A stretch of 64,000 bases of DNA from Candidatus Marinacidobacterales bacterium (GTDB taxonomy: Bacteria; Acidobacteriota; Vicinamibacteria; Marinacidobacterales; DATDRI01): NCBI GenBank assembly GCA_965219415.1, contig CBDCNP010000002.1, positions 1,504,001 through 1,568,000 on the forward strand. The letters run 5' to 3'. The notes under the pieces were generated by a model, which did not search any database, was not told the origin of the DNA, and saw only the letters and a program-made list of their open reading frames with translations. Both the position numbers and the translations under genes were made by a program. Each line of letters starts with the position of its first letter. Position 1 is the first letter of the stretch. This document shows, in pieces, positions 42,498 through 52,239 of the stretch.

Positions 42498-43918
42498 CGT
42501 GCCGTGCCGACCTCGGATGACGCGCCATTTACGCGCTCCCCGAAAGCCGCCCGACGGACGAACCGACCACGGGTCGGCTCCCCCACCAGCTCGCCGTCCT
42601 CCACCACGACCTCCCCCCGTACGAGCACGGTCTGGGCACCGCCTGGTACTTGTGCACCTTCGTAGAGGTTGTAGTCCGAGCGAGAATGGTGGGTGCTCGC
42701 GGAAATTTTTCGCTCCCGATTAGGATCAAAGACCACGATATCCGCATCGCTACCCACCGCAATGGTTCCCTTGCGCGGGTACATCCCGAAGAGCTTCGCA
42801 GGGGTCGTCGATGTAAGCTCCACCAGCCGGTTCATCGATATGCGGCCCGCCGACACGCCGCCCGCGTACAGCATGTCGATCCGGTTCTCGATTCCCGGCC
42901 CGCCGTTGGGGATCTTGGAGAAGCCGTCCTTGCCGCGCGCCTTCTGGTCTTCCCAGCGGTAGGCGCAGTGATCCGAAGCGACGACTGACACGACCCTATT
43001 GATGATGGCATTCCACAGAACCTCTTGCTCCTCCTTGGGGCGCGGGGGTGGTGTGTAGACGTATTTGGCGCCTTCGAAGCCGGGCCGTTCGAGATACGAC
43101 TCGTCGACGAAGAGGTAGTGAGGACAGGTCTCACCCCAGACCCGCCAGCCCCGGGCCTGGGCGCGTGCAAGAGGGTCGATGGCCTCCTTGCAAGACATAT
43201 GGACGACGTAAAGCGGGGCCTCGGCCATGTGCGCGAGTCGGATCGCACGATTGGTCGCCTCGCCCTCGGCGATCGTTGGGCGCGTCGCGGCGTGCCACTT
43301 GGGTTCCGTCTTGCCCTCCGCGAGCGCCTGCTTCACCAGCTCGTCGATCACGTCTCCGTTCTCTGCGTGAACCATAACCAACGCGCCGGAATCCTTGGCC
43401 ACCAGCATGGTCTTGAAGAGCATATCGTCATCGATCATCACGCTGCCCTTGTACGCCATGAACAGCTTGTAGCTCGTGATCCCTTGCTCCGGCATCCGAG
43501 CCAGCGCGTCGAGCGATCCACTCCCCTTGAGATCGGTGACGATGAGGTGGAACCCCACGTCGATGACCGGCGGATGGCGGTCGAGCTTTCCTTGCCAAGC
43601 CTCGACCGCTTCCGCAAAGGTTTGTCCTGGAAACTGACAACAGAAGTCGACCACGGTCGTCGTGCCCCCGAAGGCGGCAGCGATGGTCGCCGTCGTGAAG
43701 TCGTCGCAGCTCACCAGTCCCCCGTAGTCCAAATCGATATGGGTGTGCGGATCGACGCCGCCCGGTATTACATACTTGCCAGAGGCATCTATGTTTCGGT
43801 CTGCGTCGACGTCGAGCGATTTCCCCAGTAGTGAGACCACCTCGCCTTCGATGAAGACGTCGCCCAAGTAGTCATCGGCCGCGGTGATGATGCGTCCCCC
43901 TCGGATCAGAACGGACAC
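42494..43918 (-). CDS. hydA: Dihydropyrimidinase / D-hydantoinase
   Basis: PGGVDPHTH, GGTTT, SYKLFMAY, VHAENG, VVHMS, ETCPHYL, SDHC, IPNG. Confidence 0.93.
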   Translation of the reverse strand: MSVLIRGGRIITAADDYLGDVFIEGEVVSLLGKSLDVDADRNIDASGKYVIPGGVDPHTHIDLDYGGLVSCDDFTTATIAAAFGGTTTVVDFCCQFPGQTFAEAVEAWQGKLDRHPPVIDVGFHLIVTDLKGSGSLDALARMPEQGITSYKLFMAYKGSVMIDDDMLFKTMLVAKDSGALVMVHAENGDVIDELVKQALAEGKTEPKWHAATRPTIAEGEATNRAIRLAHMAEAPLYVVHMSCKEAIDPLARAQARGWRVWGETCPHYLFVDESYLERPGFEGAKYVYTPPPRPKEEQEVLWNAIINRVVSVVASDHCAYRWEDQKARGKDGFSKIPNGGPGIENRIDMLYAGGVSAGRISMNRLVELTSTTPAKLFGMYPRKGTIAVGSDADIVVFDPNRERKISASTHHSRSDYNLYEGAQVPGGAQTVLVRGEVVVEDGELVGEPTRGRFVRRAAFGERVNGASSEVGTAR

Positions 43919-43923
43919 CGAGG

Positions 43924-44729
43924 CTATTCTTCTTCCTGTGGGGGCGGAAGGGGCGGCGGCGGAATGGCGCCGGTTCGCTCGGTGATGAGCCGATAATGCT
44001 CGATGCGTCGATGATCGGCGAAGTTGAAAATCGTTTCTTTGTAGAAACGCGTTTGATCGAGGTCACAACGTGCGGTGACGAGCTCGTCCTCCAGCGTGGA
44101 AGCCATGGCAACGATTTCACCGGAGGGAGCTTGGAGTGTTGTACCCCAGGAGGATCATCTCCGCGCCCTCGAGTCCCAAGACTCGGTACGTCTCCGGCCA
44201 ACGCCGATCGTTGCAGATGCACAACCCCACCACCCCACCGAAGGCCCGCCAGGTACGAAATCCCAGGTTGCCAACTTCGAAATATAGCTTCTCCAGGTTC
44301 TGGTGCGGTTGTTCGGGATGAGGCTCCGCGTATCCCGGCAGGTGGATCTTGCGGTACTTTCCGACGATTCGCCCCTTTTTGTCGACCAGCACCGCGCTGT
44401 TGTAATGGTGCGTTGCACCCCCCTCTTCGGCGAGCTCCGCGTAACCGAGACAGAAACCGATCCCGAGCCGCGCCGCTTCATCGAAGAGCTTTCGCGTCTC
44501 CGGCCCGGGTATCTCTCGTTCGAAGTAAGAATCGAGCTCCTTCTGGTCTTCCATGTACCAGTGCGGAAAGAAAGAGGTCAGGGCAAGCTCGGTGAAGACC
44601 ACGAGATCACAGTCACGGGAATGGGCATCCCTCATGAGTGTGAGGAGCCGCTCGACCGTTTGGCTGCGGGTTTCCGAACGACGGATCGGTCCCATCTGGG
44701 CCGCTCCACACCGTCACATATCTGGGCAT
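43924..44729 (-). pseudogene. N-carbamoyl-D-amino acid amidohydrolase with internal deletion and frameshift
   Basis: AQMGPI, FTELALTSFFP, YRKIHLPG, ICNDRRWPE (E-K-C triad). LGYNTP is joined directly to APSGEIVA; ends with HRRIEHY. Confidence 0.88.
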
Positions 44730-44752
44730 TGTCGGAGACTCCTTCGCCCCCC

Positions 44753-45459
44753 TTAGGTTCTCCAGCTAGGGAGCGCATAGGCTCGAAGGCTATGCGTTAC
44801 TCCCATCGTGTGATGAGCGAGCAGCATGCCTACCGCGGCCTGTATCGGATCGATGACCGGAACGTCATGCCCGTGCTCATGAAGCTCGCGCTTGACCGCT
44901 TCCGTCACCGGGCTCATCCCCGTACAACCCATGATCAATGTGTGGGCATCGTCTTCCTTCAAAGCCCGCTCGGCGAGTTTCACCGTTTCCCGTACCAGCT
45001 TCTCGCGATCCGAGTACTCGGACAACGGGATCTCTAGACAAGGCACCGAAGCCAGCCGATCGCGGACGCCGTAGGAGATCGCTTGATCCACCACTTTCGG
45101 AATCCCGCTGCGCGCGGGGAGGATGACCGAGAAGGACTGTCCCAAGCCGCCGGCTAGCAACATCGCCGACTCCGCGAGACCTGCGACGGGGACTCGCACC
45201 AGCTCGCGAGCCGCTCGCAATCCCGGATCCATGAAACAACCGATGACGATGCCGTCCACCTCGTCCGCGGCGGCCTTCTTCACCCGTTCCAATAATGGAG
45301 GAACAGAGATCGCTTCATCGTAGAGACATTCGATGGCGGTCGGCCCTTCCTCGAGCCAGTCTTGCTCCACCGTGACGAAGTCTGGAAAGGGGGGCAAGGT
45401 ACCGTGGCTCGGACCGGAGGAGAGCGAACGACCGTGTTCACGACTCGGACTTTCATCAT
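44753..45459 (-). pseudogene. Hydantoin/allantoin racemase family protein (possible 5' frameshift)
   Basis: GPTAIE, IGCFMDPGLRAARE and IMGCTGM (both Cys), VPVIDP. The RBS-ATG at 45459 is out of frame with the body ORF 44753-45397. Confidence 0.85.
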
Positions 45460-45485
45460 TGACCTCCCCCTAGAAATAAAATCAA

Positions 45486-46989
45486 CTACAGATACTCCAC
45501 CGATGGGACGCGGGTCAGTGATTCCTTTCCCGCCTTCTCGAGGATGGACTTCGCGGCGCGGGTCGACTCCTCCAAGACCCGATCACTATCGACGGTCTTG
45601 ACGGTCCCGGCATCGACAACGACCTTCCCATCCACGATCACGGTGTCCACATCTTGCCCGGAACCCGCGTAGACGAGATTCGAGATCGGATTGTGATTGG
45701 GTGCGAGGTGCGGTTTGTCGGTAGAAACGAGGATGATGTCCGCCTTCTTCCCCGCTTCTAGAGATCCAATTTCGTTCTCGAGACCGAGCGCCCGAGCCCC
45801 ATCTCGCGTGGACATCTCCAACACCTTGTAAGCAGTAAGTACCTCGGCGTCCATACTGGTGAGCTTGTGCATAAGCGCACAATGTTTCATGGCCGCGAAC
45901 ATGTCCTGGTTGTTGTTGCTTGCCGCCCCATCGACACCAATCCCCACGGTGACTCCCCGTGAAAGATAGCCGGGCACGGGGGCGACTCCATCGGCAAGGT
46001 ACTGGTTACTCACCGGGTTGTGAGCGATCTTGACGTCCCGATCTCGAATGATGTCCATTTCTCTTCTGGGGGAGCCAAATAGCATGAGCAAGCAAGACAT
46101 CGGGCTCGAGCACCCCGAGAACATCCAGGTATTCGATAACTCCCTTCCCGGTTTTCTTCACCATCTCCTGGCGCTCGAAGGCGGTCTCAGCCGCGTGGTA
46201 GTGCAAACCGGTCTGAAACGCGTCGGCGAGCTCTCTCAGCTCTCGTTGCATCCTGTCCGACGCAAGCATGGGTACCGCCACTTCCGGACATATCACGATC
46301 CGGCCATCGGCCTTTCCGTTCCAGGTTTCGAAGACGCGCCGAACTTCCCGAACCGCGGTCTCGACGTCTTCGACGAAGATGTCGGTGAAATCACCGAGCT
46401 CGGTACAGGCTCGTCCCAAGACGGCGCGGATCCCCGAGTCTTGGACCGCCTGTGCGAGCGAATCGATTCCCTGCGGATCGCGGTGGATGAAGTGGCTGTC
46501 GGACAGACAGGTTACTCCGCCGCGCAAGAGCTCCAGCTGACAGAGCAGGCCTCCCCAATAGAGGTTCTCCCGATCGAGATGACGAGATAGGGGGAAGATC
46601 ATCTCGCTGACCCAGTCGTAGAGCGATCGCTCATCACCCAAGCCGCGATAGAGAACTTGAAACATGTGAGTATGCGCCGTGACCAACCCGGGCATCGTCA
46701 CGAAAGAGTCACTGCGTAGGATCTTTCGCGGGTTGTACTTCTTGGAAAGATCGTCTTCCTGACCGACTTCGACGATCCGGGATCCATCGACCGCGACCGC
46801 ACCGCGGCGATACACCTGGCGGGCGGAATTCATGGTCAGGACCATCCCACCACGAATGAGGAGGTCAATGGAACGTCCTCCCTGTGATAATGGCGGGCGG
46901 GAGGTACCCGCGGCTACCGTGGCACCGCCCGCAACCTTCATGAACTCGCGGCGCGGCAACACCCAGGGCTTCGGACGCGACTGCGGCAT
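45486..46989 (-). pseudogene. Tat-signal amidohydrolase (MTA/SAH deaminase/AtzA-like), frameshift near 46070
   Basis: PRREFMK Tat motif, PGLVTAHTH, HYHAAE, AHAIW, AHNPVSN, GVDGAASNN, GSLEAGKKAD. Confidence 0.88.
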
Positions 46990-47011
46990 CGGGGCCGACC
47001 TCCGGCGGGGT

Positions 47012-48733
47012 CTACTTCAAGCCGAGCGACTCGGCATCGGGGGCTTCGTATACCAGCTTGCCTTCGACGAAAGTCGCCAGAGCTCGTATATCCCTTATCT
47101 TTTCCTCTGGGACGGTCAGAATGTCCTCGGAGAGAATCACGAAATCGGCTAGCTTACCTGGCTCGATCGAACCTTTGATGTCTTCTTCAAAAGTCAGATA
47201 CGCATTATTGATGGACATCACACGGAGAGCTTCCTCGCGGCTGATGCGTTGCTCGGGACCGATCACGTCCCATAACCGCGTTTCCCGCGTAACCCAAAAG
47301 TAGATCATCCAAAAAGGATTGGCCGGCACCAGAGACCAGTCACTTCCTCCTCCCACACGGATACCGGCATCCAGCCAGTTCCGAAGGCGCATCGTCTGAG
47401 CGGCGCGCTCCAGCCCCCAGTGTCGGATCATCGTATTGGACGACATGTACGGATGGAACTGGGTGGAGATAGATAGCCCGAGCTCCTTGATCTTCTCGAA
47501 CTGATCGGGGCGCGTGTAGTGGCAGTGCTCCAGGATCCATCGCAGAGGCCCAATGTCTTTGGCCTGGTTGGCCTTCTCATAGGCGGCCAGCACGACGTCG
47601 AGTCCCCGGTCGCCGACGACGTGAACACTTCCCCGCCAGTTTAGGCGAGCCATCCCCACCATAACCTCCTCGAATTTTCTCGTCTCGATTCGCTGGAGGC
47701 CATAGTAGTCGGCCGGCGCGGGAGCTCCCGCCAACTCGTGATAGGGCTCGCTCATCAACGCCGCCTCGAACCCGCCGTCGATCCCGAACTCGCCGATGCC
47801 GTCGAGACGCAGCCAGGGATCTCCGAAGCCGGTTCCTACTCCCCACTCCTCCAACTGCTGGATCAATTCTTCGGCACTGCGCCGGTTGTCGAGGCTGAGG
47901 TTCATACTCACGCGCAGCGTTAGTCCCTCGCGAGCGCGTAGCTCGTTATAGGCGCGCATTTTCTCCGGGGTTAACCCCGGCTCGCGGATTCCGGTGACGC
48001 CGACCGCGTTTTGCTTGCGTTGAGCGACCCTCAGCGCCTCCATCCGGTCCTCATGGGTAGGCTTCGGAATGAGATGGCGCGCTAACGCCATGGCGTTGTC
48101 CACAAGCAGCCCCGTCGGGACACCGCCCGGATCCTTGTGAACCAAACCGCCGCTCGGGGACGGCGTGGCTCGGTTGATCCCGGCTAGCTCGAGGGCAGCC
48201 GAGTTCAGGTAGTAAGTGTGCCCTCCCTGAACGAGAACCGGGTGATCGGGAGCTGCTCCATCCAACGAAAAGCGGTCCGGCGGAGTCTTCTCCGCAAGCT
48301 GATCCATCAACCAGCCGGACGTGGTGTAGATCATCTCGCCCGGGGGTGTGTCCTCAGCCTTGGCGTGTATCGCGTCAAGCATTTCCTCCAACGACTCGAC
48401 CAAGGCTACTTCGACGCCCAAATACTGGTCGACGGCTTTGTCCTGTAGGTGGTTATGGTTGTCGATGAGCCCCGGGATGACCGTCCTTCCACCCAGATCG
48501 ACGACTCTCGTGGAAGGACCACGGGTGTCGAGTAGCTCCGAGTTGGAGCCCACCCGGTGAAACTCGTTTGCTCGGATCGAAACCGCCTCGACGATCCGGA
48601 AGTCCCCATCCACTGTCACGACCTTGCCGTTGTGAAGGATCCAGTCCGGAGATTCGGGATTAGGCTGCCCGCAGGCACCGAGGAAAAACAACAAGGGGAG
48701 AAAGTATCTGCTCACGGACACGGAGATTAACAC
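47012..48733 (-). CDS. Amidohydrolase 3 (YtcJ-like) lipoprotein
   Basis: Lipobox LGAC, PGLIDNHNH, HVVGD, LEHC, GGSDW, GSIEPGKLADF. Confidence 0.92.
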   Translation of the reverse strand: MLISVSVSRYFLPLLFFLGACGQPNPESPDWILHNGKVVTVDGDFRIVEAVSIRANEFHRVGSNSELLDTRGPSTRVVDLGGRTVIPGLIDNHNHLQDKAVDQYLGVEVALVESLEEMLDAIHAKAEDTPPGEMIYTTSGWLMDQLAEKTPPDRFSLDGAAPDHPVLVQGGHTYYLNSAALELAGINRATPSPSGGLVHKDPGGVPTGLLVDNAMALARHLIPKPTHEDRMEALRVAQRKQNAVGVTGIREPGLTPEKMRAYNELRAREGLTLRVSMNLSLDNRRSAEELIQQLEEWGVGTGFGDPWLRLDGIGEFGIDGGFEAALMSEPYHELAGAPAPADYYGLQRIETRKFEEVMVGMARLNWRGSVHVVGDRGLDVVLAAYEKANQAKDIGPLRWILEHCHYTRPDQFEKIKELGLSISTQFHPYMSSNTMIRHWGLERAAQTMRLRNWLDAGIRVGGGSDWSLVPANPFWMIYFWVTRETRLWDVIGPEQRISREEALRVMSINNAYLTFEEDIKGSIEPGKLADFVILSEDILTVPEEKIRDIRALATFVEGKLVYEAPDAESLGLK

Positions 48734-48871
48734 GTGAAAAGCCCACGTGGAAAGGTCCTCTCTAACCTATCGAATTAGTCGGATACGCCACACTCCAGCG
48801 CACCCTTTCGGACTAAGATTGTGGCTGGGCGGTCGGATTCGCCGTCCTCATGGCTCGAGGTCCGAAATAGA

Positions 48872-50851
48872 ATGTCCCAAACCACCCGGCCTGCCGATCC
48901 GAACGATCAAGATGGGCGCTGGACCCGACGGGTCGCCGAATACCAAAAACGCCCATCGCCTCCGTTCGAGGAGCAATGGGCCGCCTTCCAGGAGATATTC
49001 CGCAACCGGAAGCCCGAGGACGGTCCGCCGGTTGCTTGGCGCCCAGACCCCGCCCGGCTCCAGGCCTCCAACCTCGGACAAGTGATGGCCGAGCTCGGGT
49101 ACCGCGACTACCGGGAGCTGCACTCCTGGTCGGTGGCGAACCGCGCGGACTTCTGGAAGAGGGTGATCGAAGGGCTTTCGATCGTCTTCGCACGTCGACC
49201 CGATGCTACTCTCGACTCATCGGCCGGCCCCCACTCTCCTCGATGGCTACCGGGCGCTCGCTTCAACATCGTTGATAGCTGCTTCGGGGCTCCCCCCGAA
49301 AGTGCCGCGATCGTTTCGGCACGGGAAGGCGCCAAGGAGTTAGCGCGAACTTCGTACCGGGACCTCGAGGAGCTCGTCGGTCGAATGGCGAGATTCGTTC
49401 AGGATCGCACCGCACCGAAAGCCGCGATCGGCCTTTACATGCCGATGACCCTCGAGTGCGTTGTCGCTTACCTCGGGATCGTGCGGGCGGGCAGACGGGT
49501 GGTGTCGATCGCGGATAGCTTTTCACCCGAAGAGTTAAGGAAACAAATGGAGATCGCGGAAGCGAGCCTCGTCGTAACGTCCGCCGGATATCAATGGTCG
49601 GGCAAGGTCATTCGACCCTACGACAAGGTCCGCAAGGCAGAGATACCTCGCGCCGTCGTGATAACCGGTGTAGCGAAGTCGACGTCTCTCCGCGATCAAG
49701 ATATACCCTGGGAAGCGGTTCTAGCGACAACGAACGAGTTCACAAGCTCGCCAGCCGACCCGTACGATGTCATCAACGTCCTCTTTTCTTCGGGAACGAC
49801 CGGGGTTCCCAAGGCGATCCCTTGGACCCATCTCACGCCGATCAAATGCGCGATGGACGGTCACTTTCATCAAGACATCGGTTCGGAAGACACCGTGGCT
49901 TGGCCGACGAATATTGGCTGGATGATGGGCCCATGGTTGATCTACGCAACCCTCATGAACAAGGCAACCATGGCCCTTTACGAGGGCGCCCCCACGGGAA
50001 ACGACTTCGCCCGCTTCATCGACGAAGCTAGGGTTTCGATCCTCGGCGTCGTACCCTCGCTGGTCCGCGCCTGGCGACGCTCGTCCGCTCTAGAAGATGC
50101 CAACTGGAACGGCATCCGCGTCTTCAGCTCGACCGGAGAGCCATCGAACCAAGAGGACTACCTTTGGCTGGTGAGTCGTACTGGCTATCGAGCTCCCGTT
50201 ATCGAGTACCTCGGCGGCACCGAGATCGGCGGGGGTCACGTTACCGGTACCGTAGTCCAACCTGCCTCTCCTTCTACCTTCACCACTCCGACTCTAGGGA
50301 CGGACTTCGTCATCCTCGACGAACAGGCCGTGCCGGTGCCGGAAGGCGGTGAAGGGGAGCTCTTTCTGATCCCCCCCGCCATCGGACTCTCTCAAACGCT
50401 ACTCAACAAGAACCACCACGACGTCTACTACGCGGGTTCTCCGAGTGGGCCAAACGGTGAAGTGCTTCGCCGTCACGGCGATCGCATCGCTCGACTGCAG
50501 AAGGGTTTTTTCAAGGCGGCGGGTCGCGCCGATGACGCTATGAACCTGGGCGGGATCAAGGTCAGCTCGGCGGAGTTGGAGCAAGTGCTCGATCTTCATC
50601 CCACCGTTTACGAGAGTGCCGCGATCGCTATCCAACCGGAAGGCCAAGGCGCGGATAAGCTGGTCGTATACGCCGTGCTTCGTGAACGAGTGGATCAGGT
50701 CGAGCTAAAGCGGGAGCTCGGGTCTCTCATCGCGTCCAAGTTGAACCCCCTGTTCAAACTGCACGATCTCATGGTCATCGACGCCCTCCCGCGAACCCCG
50801 TCCAACAAGATCATCCGACGCGAGCTTCGCACCCGGTACCGGAAAGGGTAA
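48872..50851 (+). CDS. AMP-forming acyl-CoA synthetase (acetate-CoA ligase-like)
   Basis: LFSSGTTGVPK, WPTNIGWMMGPW, SSTGE, GGTEIGG, RRHGD, GRADD, LPRTPSNK. Confidence 0.9.
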   Translation: MSQTTRPADPNDQDGRWTRRVAEYQKRPSPPFEEQWAAFQEIFRNRKPEDGPPVAWRPDPARLQASNLGQVMAELGYRDYRELHSWSVANRADFWKRVIEGLSIVFARRPDATLDSSAGPHSPRWLPGARFNIVDSCFGAPPESAAIVSAREGAKELARTSYRDLEELVGRMARFVQDRTAPKAAIGLYMPMTLECVVAYLGIVRAGRRVVSIADSFSPEELRKQMEIAEASLVVTSAGYQWSGKVIRPYDKVRKAEIPRAVVITGVAKSTSLRDQDIPWEAVLATTNEFTSSPADPYDVINVLFSSGTTGVPKAIPWTHLTPIKCAMDGHFHQDIGSEDTVAWPTNIGWMMGPWLIYATLMNKATMALYEGAPTGNDFARFIDEARVSILGVVPSLVRAWRRSSALEDANWNGIRVFSSTGEPSNQEDYLWLVSRTGYRAPVIEYLGGTEIGGGHVTGTVVQPASPSTFTTPTLGTDFVILDEQAVPVPEGGEGELFLIPPAIGLSQTLLNKNHHDVYYAGSPSGPNGEVLRRHGDRIARLQKGFFKAAGRADDAMNLGGIKVSSAELEQVLDLHPTVYESAAIAIQPEGQGADKLVVYAVLRERVDQVELKRELGSLIASKLNPLFKLHDLMVIDALPRTPSNKIIRRELRTRYRKG

Positions 50852-50858
50852 CCCACTC

Positions 50859-52208
50859 ATGGCTATTGCATTGGAACGGCACCTCCTCGGTGTGTCCTCG
50901 CCTGCCAACCTGGGCATCAACGATCAAATCCGAGCCTTTCGTGAAGCCTGTCGGCGGGGCGGATGCAACCGACCGTACCATCATTTTGCTTTCGGTCAAT
51001 CACCCTTTCCACCTTCACCGAAAGTCGTCGAAGCACTCGCAAAGAGCGCCGGTCATCACGACTACCTTCCGACGGCGGGGCTCCCCGAGCTGAGAAAGGC
51101 CATCGCCGACTATTACCGGGCTCATTTCGATCTGGATGTTCTACCAAGCCAGGTGGTGGTGAGCCCGGGTAGCAAGCAAATGATCTCGATGATCCTTTCG
51201 GTCTTGGAGGGCACCGTCCTCATCCCGGTCCCCTCCTGGGTGAGTTACCTGCCTCAGGCGGAGATCCTGCAAAAAGAAGTGCGGACCCTGAGCACGCGAA
51301 GGCAAGGCGGTTTCAAAGTGACGCCGGAGCTACTCGAGGAAGGCGTCGACGGCTTGGACGGCGATCAGAAGATACTCATCTTCAACCAACCGCACAATCC
51401 AACGGGAGTTCTGTATCAAGAGGACGAGCTAGAATCGTTGGCGGACGTTTGCCGCCGCCAACGCATCGTCGTCATAGCGGACGAGATCTACGCCCGAACC
51501 AGCTTCGAGCCCGACGCCTTCACGAGCATGGCGCGCATCCTCCCCGAAGCGACCATCGTGACCGGTGGGCTTTCCAAGAACCGCTCCTGCGGCGGGTATC
51601 GCCTGGGAGTGGGCATTTTCCCTTGGGAGCCCCGGGAGCTCGTGAAGAACATCCTCAAGGTCGCGGGGTCGACCTACTCCTGTGTGGCCGCTCCGATACA
51701 ACAAGCCGCCTTGGTCGCGTACTCGATGGAGAACGACGTGGACGACTATGTCCGAGATGCGAGAGCGGTGAACGCACTCATTGGCAGGAAGACAGCATGT
51801 CTTTTCTCGGAGATCCAGGGCGTCGAGACCACCGAACCCGAGGGGGGGTTCTATCTCTACGTCGATTTCAATGCCCTGCGCGAGCGCCTCAAGCGGGTCG
51901 GCATCGAGACCGTGGGCCAGCTCGCCAAGGACCTACTGCAGCTAGAGCATGTCACGCTCCTCCCAGGAGATGCGCTTCTGTTGCCGGAGGATGATCTTTC
52001 TTTCCGATGTAGCTACGTCGACTATGATGGCCAGCAGGTGCTTCGTAGCTGGCGGGAGGAGCCTCCTCGCACGCCGGAAGAAGAGGATGCCTTCATGCGT
52101 AGGCACTGTCCCTTGATCGTGGACGGAGTACGGTACGTCGGCCGGTACCTGGAGCAGATCGAAAGAAGGGCGCCGGCCAGAGCACGCGGCGTAAGGCAGA
52201 CTTGGTGA
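50859..52208 (+). CDS. Class I/II PLP-dependent aminotransferase
   Basis: FGQSPFP, GLPELR, PGSK, PHNPTG, ADEIY, GLSK..GYRLG. Confidence 0.92.
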   Translation: MAIALERHLLGVSSPANLGINDQIRAFREACRRGGCNRPYHHFAFGQSPFPPSPKVVEALAKSAGHHDYLPTAGLPELRKAIADYYRAHFDLDVLPSQVVVSPGSKQMISMILSVLEGTVLIPVPSWVSYLPQAEILQKEVRTLSTRRQGGFKVTPELLEEGVDGLDGDQKILIFNQPHNPTGVLYQEDELESLADVCRRQRIVVIADEIYARTSFEPDAFTSMARILPEATIVTGGLSKNRSCGGYRLGVGIFPWEPRELVKNILKVAGSTYSCVAAPIQQAALVAYSMENDVDDYVRDARAVNALIGRKTACLFSEIQGVETTEPEGGFYLYVDFNALRERLKRVGIETVGQLAKDLLQLEHVTLLPGDALLLPEDDLSFRCSYVDYDGQQVLRSWREEPPRTPEEEDAFMRRHCPLIVDGVRYVGRYLEQIERRAPARARGVRQTW

Positions 52209-52239
52209 ATCGGAAGCTACTAGCTACCGAGAAACCCGC

